35,802 nt of DNA from a virus (lineage: Duplodnaviria > Heunggongvirae > Uroviricota > Caudoviricetes): IMG/VR virus record IMGVR_UViG_2711768064_000002. One strand, given 5' to 3'. Both the position numbers and the translations under genes were made by a program. Below the pieces are notes generated by a model. That model was not told where the DNA came from, searched no databases, and worked only from the letters and a program-made list of their open reading frames with translations. This document shows positions 17,700 through 27,470 of the stretch, piece after piece. Each line of letters opens with the position of its first letter. The stretch's first letter is position 1.

Positions 17700-18112
17700 T
17701 GATTGTGCTGGTTGTGTTGTTATCACTGGCGGTGGCCGGTCTGTTTCTGGTGAAACACAAAAATGCCAGCCTGCGCGCCTTGCTGGACAGGGCGAACAAC
17801 GTCGCCAGCGGTCAGCAGACGACCATCGCCATGCTGAAAAACCAGCTTCATGTTGCCCTTACCAGGGCAGACAAAAACGAGCTGGCGCAGGTGGCACTGC
17901 GTCAGGAACTGGAGAACGCCGCGAAACGTGAAGCACAGCGCGAGAAAACCATCACGAGGTTACTTAATGAAAACGAGGATTTTCGCCGCTGGTATGGCGC
18001 TGACCTGCCTGATGCTGTGCGCCGGTTGCACCAGCGTCCGGCCTGCACTGACGCCAGTGATTGTCGCCAACGCCTGCCCGAAAGTGAGCCTTTGCCCGAT
18101 GCCGGGCAGTGA
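17687..18112 (+). CDS. lysB: LysB (Rz-like spanin component), 141 aa
   Basis: N-terminal TM helix then coiled-coil-like region; P2 lysB size. Confidence 0.85.
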   Translation: MSKLMIVLVVLLSLAVAGLFLVKHKNASLRALLDRANNVASGQQTTIAMLKNQLHVALTRADKNELAQVALRQELENAAKREAQREKTITRLLNENEDFRRWYGADLPDAVRRLHQRPACTDASDCRQRLPESEPLPDAGQ

Positions 18113-18257
18113 CCCGCAGACGAACGGCGATTTAAGTGCCGATATCCGGCAGCTTGAGAACGCGCTGGCACGCTGTGCCAGCCAGGTAAAAATGATTAAA
18201 CACTGTCAGGACGAAAACGATGCTCAAACCCGACAGCCTGCGCAGGGCGCTGACTGA
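17967..18257 (+). CDS. lysC: LysC (Rz1-like lipoprotein in +1 frame within lysB), 96 aa
   Basis: Embedded frame begins MKTRIFAAGMALTCLMLCAGC (lipobox LCAGC); 96 aa as in P2 lysC. Confidence 0.75.
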   Translation: MKTRIFAAGMALTCLMLCAGCTSVRPALTPVIVANACPKVSLCPMPGSDPQTNGDLSADIRQLENALARCASQVKMIKHCQDENDAQTRQPAQGAD

Positions 18258-18687
18258 TGCCGTCACGGTGCTGAAAACCAGTCCCGATATGCTGCGGATA
18301 TTCGTGGATAACGGGAGTATTGCCTCCACACTGGCGGCGTCGTTGTCATTCGAAAAGCGTTACACGCTCAATGTCATTGTGACCGACTTTACCGGTGATT
18401 TTGACCTGCTCATCGTGCCGGTGCTGGCGTGGCTGCGGGAAAATCAGCCCGACATCATGACCACCGACGAAGGTCAGAAAAAGGGCTTCACGTTTTATGC
18501 AGACATCAACAATGACAGCAGCTTTGATATCAGCATCAGCCTGATGCTGACCGAGCGCACGCTGGTCAGTGAGGTGGACGGCGCACTGCATGTGAAGAAT
18601 ATCCCGGAACCCCCGCCGCCGGAGCCGGTCACCCGCCCGATGGAGCTGTATATCAATGGCGAACTGGTGAGCAAGTGGGATGAATGA
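18220..18687 (+). CDS. R: Tail completion protein R, 155 aa
   Basis: Size and position as P2 R. Confidence 0.88.
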   Translation: MLKPDSLRRALTDAVTVLKTSPDMLRIFVDNGSIASTLAASLSFEKRYTLNVIVTDFTGDFDLLIVPVLAWLRENQPDIMTTDEGQKKGFTFYADINNDSSFDISISLMLTERTLVSEVDGALHVKNIPEPPPPEPVTRPMELYINGELVSKWDE

Positions 18688-19132
18688 GTTTAAGCGTTTT
18701 GAAGACCGGCTGACCGGACTGATTGAGTCGCTGTCACCGTCAGGGCGTCGGCGACTGAGTGCCGAACTGGCGAAACGTCTGCGGCAGAGTCAGCAGCGTC
18801 GGGTGATGGCTCAGAAAGCCCCGGACGGCACACCCTACGCGCCACGCCAGCAGCAGAGCGCCAGAAAAAAGACTGGTCGTGTTAAGCGAAAAATGTTTGC
18901 GAAACTTATCACCAGTCGTTTTTTGCATATCCGCGCCAGCCCGGAACAGGCATCAATGGAGTTTTACGGCGGGAAGTCGCCGAAAATTGCCAGTGTGCAT
19001 CAGTTCGGTCTGTCGGAAGAAAACCGAAAAGACGGTAAGAAAATTGATTATCCGGCGCGTCCTCTGCTCGGCTTTACCGGTGAGGATGTGCAGATGATTG
19101 AAGAGATTATCCTGGCTCACCTGAATCGTTAG
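18680..19132 (+). CDS. S: Tail completion protein S, 150 aa
   Basis: Size and position as P2 S. Confidence 0.88.
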   Translation: MNEFKRFEDRLTGLIESLSPSGRRRLSAELAKRLRQSQQRRVMAQKAPDGTPYAPRQQQSARKKTGRVKRKMFAKLITSRFLHIRASPEQASMEFYGGKSPKIASVHQFGLSEENRKDGKKIDYPARPLLGFTGEDVQMIEEIILAHLNR

Positions 19133-19207
19133 CTTTAATCATCTGAGAATATAAGATAGAAATCAATTGATTAGCATAATTTATTTTGAATTTTAATGTT
19201 AATAAAT

Positions 19208-19232
19208 AAAAGGCCAGTTATTGGCCTTTTAT
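19208..19232. terminator. Bidirectional rho-independent terminator
   Basis: aaaaggccagttattggcctttt: stem ggcca/tggcc flanked by A- and T-runs, between convergent S and the antisense cargo gene. Confidence 0.7.
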
Positions 19233-19234
19233 CA

Positions 19235-20308
19235 TTACTTTCCATTTTTTAATGAATTGATTAACGATGCTATTTGCTCAATGCCATCAAATGTAGATGG
19301 TATCTTATCATCGGATAGCATGATGTTTGAAAATACTACGTCTTCGAATTTTGAAAGCGCTTCCGGATTGTTTTTCCTTATCTCTGAGGAATAGTCGCTA
19401 TAACTCTGAATGAACTGACAAAGGCTCTTTCTGAGTTCTATTTGCATAATCTGAGTTCGTAACGATATATGATTTAGCAGTACAACTCTAAAGTAATACA
19501 TGAAAATCAATGTAACTGATGCAAAAGGTAGTGCTGACATAAAATATGTGGCAGCATTTGTCGTTTCGAGAGTTGGTAATTTATGCATTCCATAGTATAT
19601 CAGCGGGGAGGGAATGATTATAGCCAAGATGATAAGAATTATTCTTGATAGCATGATTTCACTTTCTTTCTTTTTGCCAAGTGAATTAAAGCCTTCAAAC
19701 AATCCAACAAAATTAAATGCGACCTCATACCCTTTTAATGACTCTTTAATTGACTCTATTTTGGCATGTTGCTCCTTTAAGAAGGAGTCGCACTTTTCGA
19801 AAAATTGACGCCCTTCGTTTAAACTATCAATGTATTTTTTATATGTGTCAACATTGCTGGAGCTTAAAACTTCTTTAACCATTGCTAATGGCAGTTCTCT
19901 AAGAGAAAAGTCTATCTGTGCTCTGCTCCGCTCATCGAATTCATTATAGTTATACAGAGCAAAATCCTTGATGGTTCTTAGTGGTGAAAAGTGAGACTCT
20001 ATTTCCGGAGAGAGAATGCTTGGTTCAATGATAAATCTAAAAAAGCAAGTAAATATAAGGTTGATGCTGTTGTTATCTTCTCCCTTCTCTCTTAAGAAAC
20101 TTTTAAAGGTGTCGCCAATCATAGCAATGTTGTACTGGGATTTTTTGTCCCAATCTTCAGGGTTTTCGGAAATGAAGTTTATTGCTTGAGCAATTATTTT
20201 GTTTCTGTTTGATTCAAAGTTTGTGCTGGGAGTCAGCGTGTTCAAAAAGACCAGATAATCTTTGAACAATTCTTTCATTGTTTCTGACGAGAAAAAGTAA
20301 GTACTCAT
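19235..20308 (-). CDS. AT-rich cargo membrane protein with two predicted TM helices, about 357 aa; ORF opens at 20404 (389 aa)
   Basis: Soluble N-terminal region then hydrophobic helices IMLSRIILIILAIIIPSPLIYYGM and FMSALPFASVTLIFMYYFRVVLL. Start at MSTYFF (20308) preferred because the 20404 start overlaps the V start. Confidence 0.8.
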   Translation of the reverse strand: MSTYFFSSETMKELFKDYLVFLNTLTPSTNFESNRNKIIAQAINFISENPEDWDKKSQYNIAMIGDTFKSFLREKGEDNNSINLIFTCFFRFIIEPSILSPEIESHFSPLRTIKDFALYNYNEFDERSRAQIDFSLRELPLAMVKEVLSSSNVDTYKKYIDSLNEGRQFFEKCDSFLKEQHAKIESIKESLKGYEVAFNFVGLFEGFNSLGKKKESEIMLSRIILIILAIIIPSPLIYYGMHKLPTLETTNAATYFMSALPFASVTLIFMYYFRVVLLNHISLRTQIMQIELRKSLCQFIQSYSDYSSEIRKNNPEALSKFEDVVFSNIMLSDDKIPSTFDGIEQIASLINSLKNGK

Positions 20309-20394
20309 AATGGATTTTGTTGTCCCTTGTTGTTCTGTGCACCAGAAATCATGGTGTGATTTACTTCGAGATAGTACAGAATCATTATTATCGA
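20309..20394. promoter_or_regulatory. Late promoter region upstream of V (PV); likely also holds the cargo gene promoter
   Basis: Intergenic between divergent cargo gene and V; TGT-rich element ttgttgtcccttgttgttctgtgcacc. Inferred from P2 organisation. Confidence 0.45.
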
Positions 20395-21024
20395 ATGAAT
20401 GCACAATACAATGAAATTCTTCGCTTTATACGCAATATGATTCGCACTGGCATTATCGTCGAAACCGACCTTAATGCCGGTCGCTGCCGTGTGCAGACCG
20501 GCGGCATGTGCACCGACTGGCTTCAGTGGCTGACCCATCGCGCCGGGCGTTCGCGCACATGGTGGGCACCTTCCGTGGGGGAACAGGTGCTGATTCTGGC
20601 CGTGGGTGGTGAACTCGACACGGCGTTCGTTCTGCCGGGGATTTATTCCGGCGATAACCCCGCGCCGTCTGCGTCGGCGGATGCCCTGCATATCCGTTTC
20701 CCTGACGGGGCGGTGATTGAATATGAACCCGAAACCAGTGCACTCATGGTAAGCGGAATTAAAACGGCCAGCGTGACGGCTTCTGATTCTGTTACTGCCA
20801 CGGTGCCGGTGGTCATGGTGAAAGCATCAACCCGCATCACCCTGGACACACCGGAGGTGGTCTGCACCAACAGGCTGATTACCGGCACGCTGGAAGTGCA
20901 GAAGGGCGGGACGATGCGCGGCAACATTGAACACACCGGCGGTGAACTCTCATCAAACGGTAAGGTACTGCATACCCATAAACACCCCGGCGACAGCGGC
21001 GGCACAACCGGGAGTCCTCTATGA
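20395..21024 (+). CDS. V: Baseplate spike/assembly protein V, about 209 aa; ORF opens at 20317
   Basis: NMIRTGIIVETDLNAGRCRVQTGGMCTDWLQWL recognised as P2 V. Confidence 0.9.
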   Translation: MNAQYNEILRFIRNMIRTGIIVETDLNAGRCRVQTGGMCTDWLQWLTHRAGRSRTWWAPSVGEQVLILAVGGELDTAFVLPGIYSGDNPAPSASADALHIRFPDGAVIEYEPETSALMVSGIKTASVTASDSVTATVPVVMVKASTRITLDTPEVVCTNRLITGTLEVQKGGTMRGNIEHTGGELSSNGKVLHTHKHPGDSGGTTGSPL

Positions 21025-21368
21025 CAGCGCGTTATCTTGGAATGAATCGCAGTGATGGCCTGACTGTCACTGACCTTGAGCATATCAGCCAGAGTATCGG
21101 CGATATCCTGCGCACGCCGGTCGGCTCACGGGTGATGCGTCGTGATTACGGCTCATTGCTGGCGTCAATGATTGACCAGCCGCAGACCCCGGCGCTTGAG
21201 TTGCAGATTAAGGTCGCCTGTTACATGGCGGTGCTGAAATGGGAACCCCGCGTCACCCTGTCATCCGTCACCACTGAGCGCAGTTTTGACGGGCGAATGA
21301 CGGTCACGTTAACCGGCCAGCACAACGACACCGGCCAGCCACTTTCGTTAACCATCCCTGTGAGTTGA
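21021..21368 (+). CDS. W: Baseplate protein W, 115 aa
   Basis: Size and position as P2 W (GPW/gp25 family). Confidence 0.9.
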   Translation: MTARYLGMNRSDGLTVTDLEHISQSIGDILRTPVGSRVMRRDYGSLLASMIDQPQTPALELQIKVACYMAVLKWEPRVTLSSVTTERSFDGRMTVTLTGQHNDTGQPLSLTIPVS

Positions 21369-21372
21369 AACC

Positions 21373-22281
21373 ATGCCGATTATCGACCTGAACCAGCTAC
21401 CCGTACCGGATGTGGTCGAGGAGCTGGACTTTGAAACCATTCTTGCCGAACGCAAGGCGACACTGATTTCCCTTTACCCGGAAGACCAGCAGGAGGCGGT
21501 TGCCCGTACCCTGACGCTGGAATCCGAGCCTCTCGTCAAACTGCTGGAGGAAAATGCTTATCGTGAGCTTATCTGGCGTCAGCGTGTGAATGAGGCCGCA
21601 CGGGCGGTAATGCTGGCCTGTGCCGCCGGTAATGACCTTGATGTGATTGGTGCCAATTACAACACCACGCGCCTGATTATCACCCCGGCGGATGATTCGA
21701 CCATCCCGCCGACACCGGCAGTGATGGAATCTGACACCGATTATCGTCTGCGTATTCAGCAGGCGTTTGAAGGTTTAAGCGTCGCCGGGTCGGTGGGTGC
21801 CTATCAGTATCATGGCCGCAGTGCTGACGGGCGTGTCGCGGATATCTCTGTCACCAGTCCGTCTCCGGCCTGCGTCACCATCTCCGTGCTGTCACGTGAA
21901 AATAACGGTGTCGCATCCGAAGACCTGCTGGCTGTGGTGCGTAACGCCCTTAATGGCGAGGACGTCAGGCCGGTGGCCGACCGCGTGACCGTGCAGTCTG
22001 CCGCCATCGTTGAATACCAGATAAACGCCACGCTTTACCTTTATCCTGGTCCCGAAAGCGAACCCATCCGCGCTGCCGCCGTGAAAAAACTGGAAGCGTA
22101 TATCACGGCACAGCACCGGCTGGGGCGCGACATCCGACTGTCTGCCATTTATGCCGCTTTGCATGTGGAAGGCGTGCAGCGTGTCGAGCTGGCCGCACCA
22201 CTGGCCGACATTGTGCTCAACAGTACGCAGGCGTCTTTCTGCACCGAATACAGCGTCGTGACCGGAGGCTCGGATGAGTGA
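21373..22281 (+). CDS. J: Baseplate protein J, 302 aa
   Basis: Size and position as P2 J. Confidence 0.9.
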   Translation: MPIIDLNQLPVPDVVEELDFETILAERKATLISLYPEDQQEAVARTLTLESEPLVKLLEENAYRELIWRQRVNEAARAVMLACAAGNDLDVIGANYNTTRLIITPADDSTIPPTPAVMESDTDYRLRIQQAFEGLSVAGSVGAYQYHGRSADGRVADISVTSPSPACVTISVLSRENNGVASEDLLAVVRNALNGEDVRPVADRVTVQSAAIVEYQINATLYLYPGPESEPIRAAAVKKLEAYITAQHRLGRDIRLSAIYAALHVEGVQRVELAAPLADIVLNSTQASFCTEYSVVTGGSDE

Positions 22282-22804
22282 TTCGCGCCTGCTGCCGACC
22301 GGCTCATCAGCGCTTGAAATTGCTGCCGCGAAAGCCTGTGCGGAAATTGAAAAAACGCCGGTCAGTATTCGTGAACTGTGGAACCCGGACACCTGCCCGG
22401 CAAATCTGCTGCCGTGGCTGGCGTGGGCGTTTTCAGTCGACAGGTGGGATGAAAAGTGGCCGGAAGTGACAAAACGCGCCGTTATCCGCGATGCCTATTT
22501 CATCCACTGTCATAAAGGCACTATCGGCGCAATTCGGCGTGTGGTGGAGCCGCTCGGCTATCTCATCAACGTGACGGAGTGGTGGGAAAACAGTGACCCG
22601 CCAGGCACCTTCCGGCTTGATATTGGTGTACTGGAAAGTGGCATCACAGAGGCAATGTATCAGGAAATGGAACGGCTTATTGCTGATGCCAAACCTGCAA
22701 GCCGTCATCTTATTGGCCTGAACATTACCCGGGACATTCCCGGCTACCTGTTCGCCGGTGGTGTGGCTTACGACGGCGATGTAATTACGGTTTACCCCGG
22801 ATAA
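22274..22804 (+). CDS. I: Baseplate/tail protein I, 176 aa
   Basis: Size and position as P2 I. Confidence 0.9.
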   Translation: MSDSRLLPTGSSALEIAAAKACAEIEKTPVSIRELWNPDTCPANLLPWLAWAFSVDRWDEKWPEVTKRAVIRDAYFIHCHKGTIGAIRRVVEPLGYLINVTEWWENSDPPGTFRLDIGVLESGITEAMYQEMERLIADAKPASRHLIGLNITRDIPGYLFAGGVAYDGDVITVYPG

Positions 22805-22814
22805 GTGAGGAATA

Positions 22815-24860
22815 ATGAGCACAAAATTCAAAACCGTTATCACCACTGCCGGTGCAGCAAAGCTGGCAGCGGCAACCGCACCGGGAGGGCGGAAGGTCAA
22901 CATTACCACGATGGCCGTCGGGGATGGCGGTGGTAAATTGCCTGTCCCGGATGCCGGACAGACCGGGCTTATCCACGAAGTCTGGCGACATGCGCTGAAC
23001 AAAATCAGCCAGGACAAACGAAACAGTAATTATATTATCGCAGAGCTGGTTATTCCGCCGGAGGTGGGCGGCTTCTGGATGCGTGAGCTTGGCCTGTACG
23101 ATGATGCGGGAACGTTAATTGCCGTGGCGAACATGGCCGAAAGTTATAAGCCAGCTCTTGCCGAAGGCTCAGGGCGTTCGCAGACCTGTCGCATGGTCAT
23201 CATCGTCAGCAGTGTGGCCTCAGTGGAGCTGACCATTGACACCACAACGGTGATGGCGACGCAGGATTACGTTGATGACAAAATTGCAGAGCATGAACAG
23301 TCACGACGTCACCCGGACGCCTCGCTGACCGCAAAAGGTTTTACTCAGTTAAGCAATGCGACCAACAGCACGTCTGAAACACTGGCCGCAACGCCGAAAG
23401 CGGTTAAGGCCGCATATGACCTTGCTAACGAGAAATATACCGCACAGGACGCTACCACAGCGCGAAAAGGTCTTGTCCAGCTAAGTAGTGCGACCAACAG
23501 CATGTCTGAAACGCTCGCCGCAACACCAAAAGCCGTTAAGACGGTAATGGATGAAACGAACAAGAAAGCGCCATTAAACAGCCCTGCACTGACCGGAACG
23601 CCAACGACGCCAACTGCGCGACAGGGAACGAATAATACTCAGATCGCAAACACGGCTTTCGTTATGGCCGCGATTGCCGCCCTTGTAGACTCGTCGCCTG
23701 ACGCACTGAATACGCTGAACGAGCTGGCGGCGGCGCTGGGCAATGACCCGAATTTTGCTACCACCATGACTAATGCGCTTGCGGGTAAGCAACCGAAAGA
23801 TGCCACTTTGACGGCGCTGGCGGGGCTTGCTACTGCGGCAGACAGGTTTCCGTATTTTACGGGGAATGATGTTGCCAGCCTGGCGACCCTGACAAAAGTC
23901 GGGCGGGATATTCTGGCTAAATCGACCGTTGCCGCCGTTATCGAATATCTCGGTTTACAGGAAACGGTAAACAGGGCCGGGAACGCCGTGCAAAAAAATG
24001 GCGATACCTTGTCCGGCGGGCTTACTTTTGAAAACGACTCAATCCTTGCCTGGATTCGAAATACTGACTGGGCAAAGATTGGATTTAAAAATGATGCCGA
24101 CAGCGATACTGATTCATATATGTGGTTTGAAACAGGTGACAACGGCAATGAATATTTCAAATGGAGAAGTCGCCAGAGCACCACAACAAAAGACCTGATG
24201 AATCTTAAATGGGATGCTCTGTATGTTCTTGTTAAAGCCCTTTTCAGTAGTGAAGTAAAAATATCTACAGTCAATGCGCTGAGGATATTTAATTCATCTT
24301 TTGGTGCTATTTTTCGCCGTTCTGAAGAAAACCTGTATATCATTCCTACACGAGAAAATGAGGGTGAAAATGGAGATATTGGGCCATTAAGGCCATTCGG
24401 CATCAACTTAAGAACAGGAGTTGTGTCTGTTGGTAATGGTGCCAGGATTGATGGCGGGCTGGCACTTGGCACGAATAACGCGTTGGGTGGGAACTCTATT
24501 GTTCTTGGTGATAACGACACCGGATTTAAACAAAATGGCGATGGTAATCTGGATGTTTATGCTAATAACGTCCATGTTATGCGCTTTGTTTCCGGAAGCA
24601 TTCAAAGTAATAAGACCATAAATATTACGGGGCGTGTTAATCCCTCGGATTACGGTAACTTTGATTCCCGCTATGTGAGAGATATCAGACTTGGCACACG
24701 TGTTGTCCAGACCATGCAGAAAGGGGTGATGTATGAGAAAGCAGGGCACGTAATTACCGGGCTTGGTATTGTCGGTGAAGTCGATGGTGATGACCCCGCA
24801 GTATTCAGGCCAATACAAAAATACATCAATGGCACATGGTATAACGTCGCACAGGTGTAA
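22815..24860 (+). CDS. H: Tail fiber protein H, 681 aa
   Basis: Conserved N-terminus, internal repeats, AT-richer C-terminal region; position between I and G. Confidence 0.9.
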   Translation: MSTKFKTVITTAGAAKLAAATAPGGRKVNITTMAVGDGGGKLPVPDAGQTGLIHEVWRHALNKISQDKRNSNYIIAELVIPPEVGGFWMRELGLYDDAGTLIAVANMAESYKPALAEGSGRSQTCRMVIIVSSVASVELTIDTTTVMATQDYVDDKIAEHEQSRRHPDASLTAKGFTQLSNATNSTSETLAATPKAVKAAYDLANEKYTAQDATTARKGLVQLSSATNSMSETLAATPKAVKTVMDETNKKAPLNSPALTGTPTTPTARQGTNNTQIANTAFVMAAIAALVDSSPDALNTLNELAAALGNDPNFATTMTNALAGKQPKDATLTALAGLATAADRFPYFTGNDVASLATLTKVGRDILAKSTVAAVIEYLGLQETVNRAGNAVQKNGDTLSGGLTFENDSILAWIRNTDWAKIGFKNDADSDTDSYMWFETGDNGNEYFKWRSRQSTTTKDLMNLKWDALYVLVKALFSSEVKISTVNALRIFNSSFGAIFRRSEENLYIIPTRENEGENGDIGPLRPFGINLRTGVVSVGNGARIDGGLALGTNNALGGNSIVLGDNDTGFKQNGDGNLDVYANNVHVMRFVSGSIQSNKTINITGRVNPSDYGNFDSRYVRDIRLGTRVVQTMQKGVMYEKAGHVITGLGIVGEVDGDDPAVFRPIQKYINGTWYNVAQV

Positions 24861-24863
24861 TTT

Positions 24864-25391
24864 ATGCAGCATTTAAAAAATATTACTGCGGGTAATCCAA
24901 AAACTGTTGCCCAATATCAACTGACAAAAAATTTTGATGTTATCTGGTTATGGTCCGAAGAGGGAAAAAACTGGTATGAGGAAGTAAGTAATTTTCAGGA
25001 AGACACGATAAAGATTGTTTACGACGAGAATAATATAATTTTCGGCATCACCAGAGATGCTTCAACGCTTAACCCTGAAGGTTTCAGCGTTGTCGAGGTT
25101 CCTGATATTACCTCCAACCGACGTGCTGATGACTCAGGTAAATGGATGTTTAAGGATGGTGCCGTGATTAAGCGGATTTATACGGCAGATGAACAGGAGC
25201 AACAGGCAGAATCACAAAAGGCAGCTTTACTTTCCGAAGCTGAATCCGTGATTTTGCCGCTGGAACGCGCTGTCAGGCTGAATATGGCGACGGATGAGGA
25301 ACGCAGCCGACTGGAAGCATGGGAACGCTACAGCGTTCTGGTCAGTCGTGTGGATCCTGCAAATCCCGAATGGCCGGAAATGCCGCAATAA
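24864..25391 (+). CDS. G: Tail fiber assembly chaperone G, 175 aa
   Basis: Follows H; size as P2 G. Confidence 0.88.
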   Translation: MQHLKNITAGNPKTVAQYQLTKNFDVIWLWSEEGKNWYEEVSNFQEDTIKIVYDENNIIFGITRDASTLNPEGFSVVEVPDITSNRRADDSGKWMFKDGAVIKRIYTADEQEQQAESQKAALLSEAESVILPLERAVRLNMATDEERSRLEAWERYSVLVSRVDPANPEWPEMPQ

Positions 25392-25668
25392 GTTGTATGA
25401 TCTCTGGTGTGAGCTTACATATCTATAGCACAGAGTAAAGCCTAATCTGACAGTCCGCTATGTGCCAATAGCAGACATCCACACAATTATGTAAAATAGG
25501 CTAGTGAGTCAGCATTCATGTAGTTCAGATCATCTATAGCTGAAATCACGATCGCTTAACAGTGATTCACTCATAACTGCTAGCGAGCAATGTTCTTGTT
25601 TGAACCTCAAGTTGAAACCACAAAATCGAAAGGTTAAATAATCGATTATCCAAATAGAAGGCAATTCA

Positions 25669-27108
25669 ATGGGAAATCACGATTTTATTAAATATATTAT
25701 ATTATTTGGCTTGTCTGGGATAATGTTGGCTATGCTAGTGCTCTTTATTTCCTCTGTAGCATATTATTTTTTCACCCATAATAAAGGAGTTCTTCAGTAT
25801 ATAATTAAAACTATTTCCATAGGCCTTGTAACTATTCCAGTCGCAATAATACTAATCGTTGCACTCGTCCATTATGTTGTCTGGCAAAAAGGGATTTCAA
25901 CGGCATGGCGTTTTATATTCCACTCGACTAAAACAACAACCGTGAATGATATTGCTAATGCTGAATCAGAAGATGTTATTGTTCACCTTGTTCATGGAAC
26001 ATTCGAGACGAATGCATCTTGGACACAACCTGAGTCAAAAATGTGCAAATCAATTAACTCAAGGAATCCCAATATTGGTATATCTCGATTTAAATGGGAT
26101 GGCAAAAACTCTGCATCCTCTCGTAAACAAGCGGCATATCAATTAGGAATGCATATTGATAACTCTCCTGCAAAATACAATTATATTATTGCACATAGCC
26201 ATGGGGCAGCTATTGTAAGAGAAATGTCTTATTTACGAAGTGATATTGCAAAAAAAATTCAAGGCGTATGTCTTTTGTCACCACCGTTCATCTTTCGACG
26301 TAGGATAAAAAGAACGTCAGGTGCTTTAATTAATCTTATTGATATTAGCGGAACTTTGGCCATTCAATTGTTACTTGCAGTATTTTTTGTACCTTTGAAT
26401 CTATATAATATTAATTATGCAGCAGTAATTTTTTTTGTTTCAATATTTGCAGAAATTATAATCTCCAAAAAATATAAAAAAGAATTTTTGCAGGAAGTTG
26501 AGAGTGGCGAGCACTGTGAAGCGGTTGATTTTAGGAATGTTGAAATTTATCACGCAATTGGTGATGAAGCCGATTCAGGCCTAAGATTTGTAAGTTCACT
26601 TCACGAAGGATGTTTTGCAATTCTTTCCCAGCTAAAAAAAGCTCAAGTAAGTCATAAAAAGCTAACACATTGGTCAGCAGTTTTAAGCTACCTATTTTAT
26701 ATTTCCATGAGTGTATTAATATGGTTCTTCTATCCTGAAGAAAAATCATGGATTATAGTATTATTAGTAAGCTTTGTATTAACTTCTATTTCTCACATTT
26801 GGCAAAGGTTGAAACCATCAAAGGATGTTCCTCATGTTTTACTTATTGCAGCAATACCAGTTGCGATTTTTTCATTTTGGTTGGCTGTAGCTAAGGCCAT
26901 AGCTTATGGAGATTTGCGATTAATATTTTGCCCGGAAGTTTTTATTGCATCATCTGAAACTCCAGCTGGAGATCATAAAGTTATTAAATTTGCTCCACAG
27001 AATGATGGTATATTAATACACTCAACACACTCGCATCCGGAGGCTATAATTAATGTTTCTGAATGGTTATATTGCTCTGAGAATAAAAGGGTAAATGGTG
27101 AATCATAG
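25669..27108 (+). CDS. AT-rich cargo polytopic membrane protein with serine-hydrolase-like motifs, 479 aa
   Basis: N-terminal TM helices, then VIVHLVHGTFE (HG oxyanion-like) and IIAHSHGAAIV (GxSxG-like elbow), further TM segments, C-terminal ILIHSTHSH. Occupies the Z/fun position between G and FI. Confidence 0.85.
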   Translation: MGNHDFIKYIILFGLSGIMLAMLVLFISSVAYYFFTHNKGVLQYIIKTISIGLVTIPVAIILIVALVHYVVWQKGISTAWRFIFHSTKTTTVNDIANAESEDVIVHLVHGTFETNASWTQPESKMCKSINSRNPNIGISRFKWDGKNSASSRKQAAYQLGMHIDNSPAKYNYIIAHSHGAAIVREMSYLRSDIAKKIQGVCLLSPPFIFRRRIKRTSGALINLIDISGTLAIQLLLAVFFVPLNLYNINYAAVIFFVSIFAEIIISKKYKKEFLQEVESGEHCEAVDFRNVEIYHAIGDEADSGLRFVSSLHEGCFAILSQLKKAQVSHKKLTHWSAVLSYLFYISMSVLIWFFYPEEKSWIIVLLVSFVLTSISHIWQRLKPSKDVPHVLLIAAIPVAIFSFWLAVAKAIAYGDLRLIFCPEVFIASSETPAGDHKVIKFAPQNDGILIHSTHSHPEAIINVSEWLYCSENKRVNGES

Positions 27109-27441
27109 ATTAATATAACCACCATAAATTAATTTGTAATATACTTCCCTGCTAAATTCGCAGGGGAGTATAAAAATATACTAGCTCAGTGGAGTCTTGT
27201 GCTGAGTTAGTACATGTTAACAAGATATTTATTCACCACTAAATAATTAGCTAGAACAATAAGAATAATTTTGGGCAGTAAAGACAGGATGTAAACTACA
27301 CTTATTCCAGTATGTTGGTTATCGTAGTTATATATGATGAGCTCTAAAGTCCGCTTCTCGCTCAAAGCAGACTGTCAGATTTGATAGCGTTTTGGCTATG
27401 TAAATTGTCAGTCGGGAAATAAGTGAGTACAAATCATGACA

Positions 27442-27470
27442 GGCGGGCGGATTGTCCGCCTTTTCTTTAT
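27442..27470 (+). terminator. Rho-independent terminator downstream of cargo gene
   Basis: ggcgga-ttg-tccgcc hairpin followed by ttttcttt. Confidence 0.6.

Noticed and set aside
23639-24520. 293-aa minus-strand ORF antisense within tail fiber gene H
   Set aside because: Lies entirely inside the well-supported H gene on the opposite strand; Ser/Pro/Ala-rich low-complexity translation typical of a shadow ORF.
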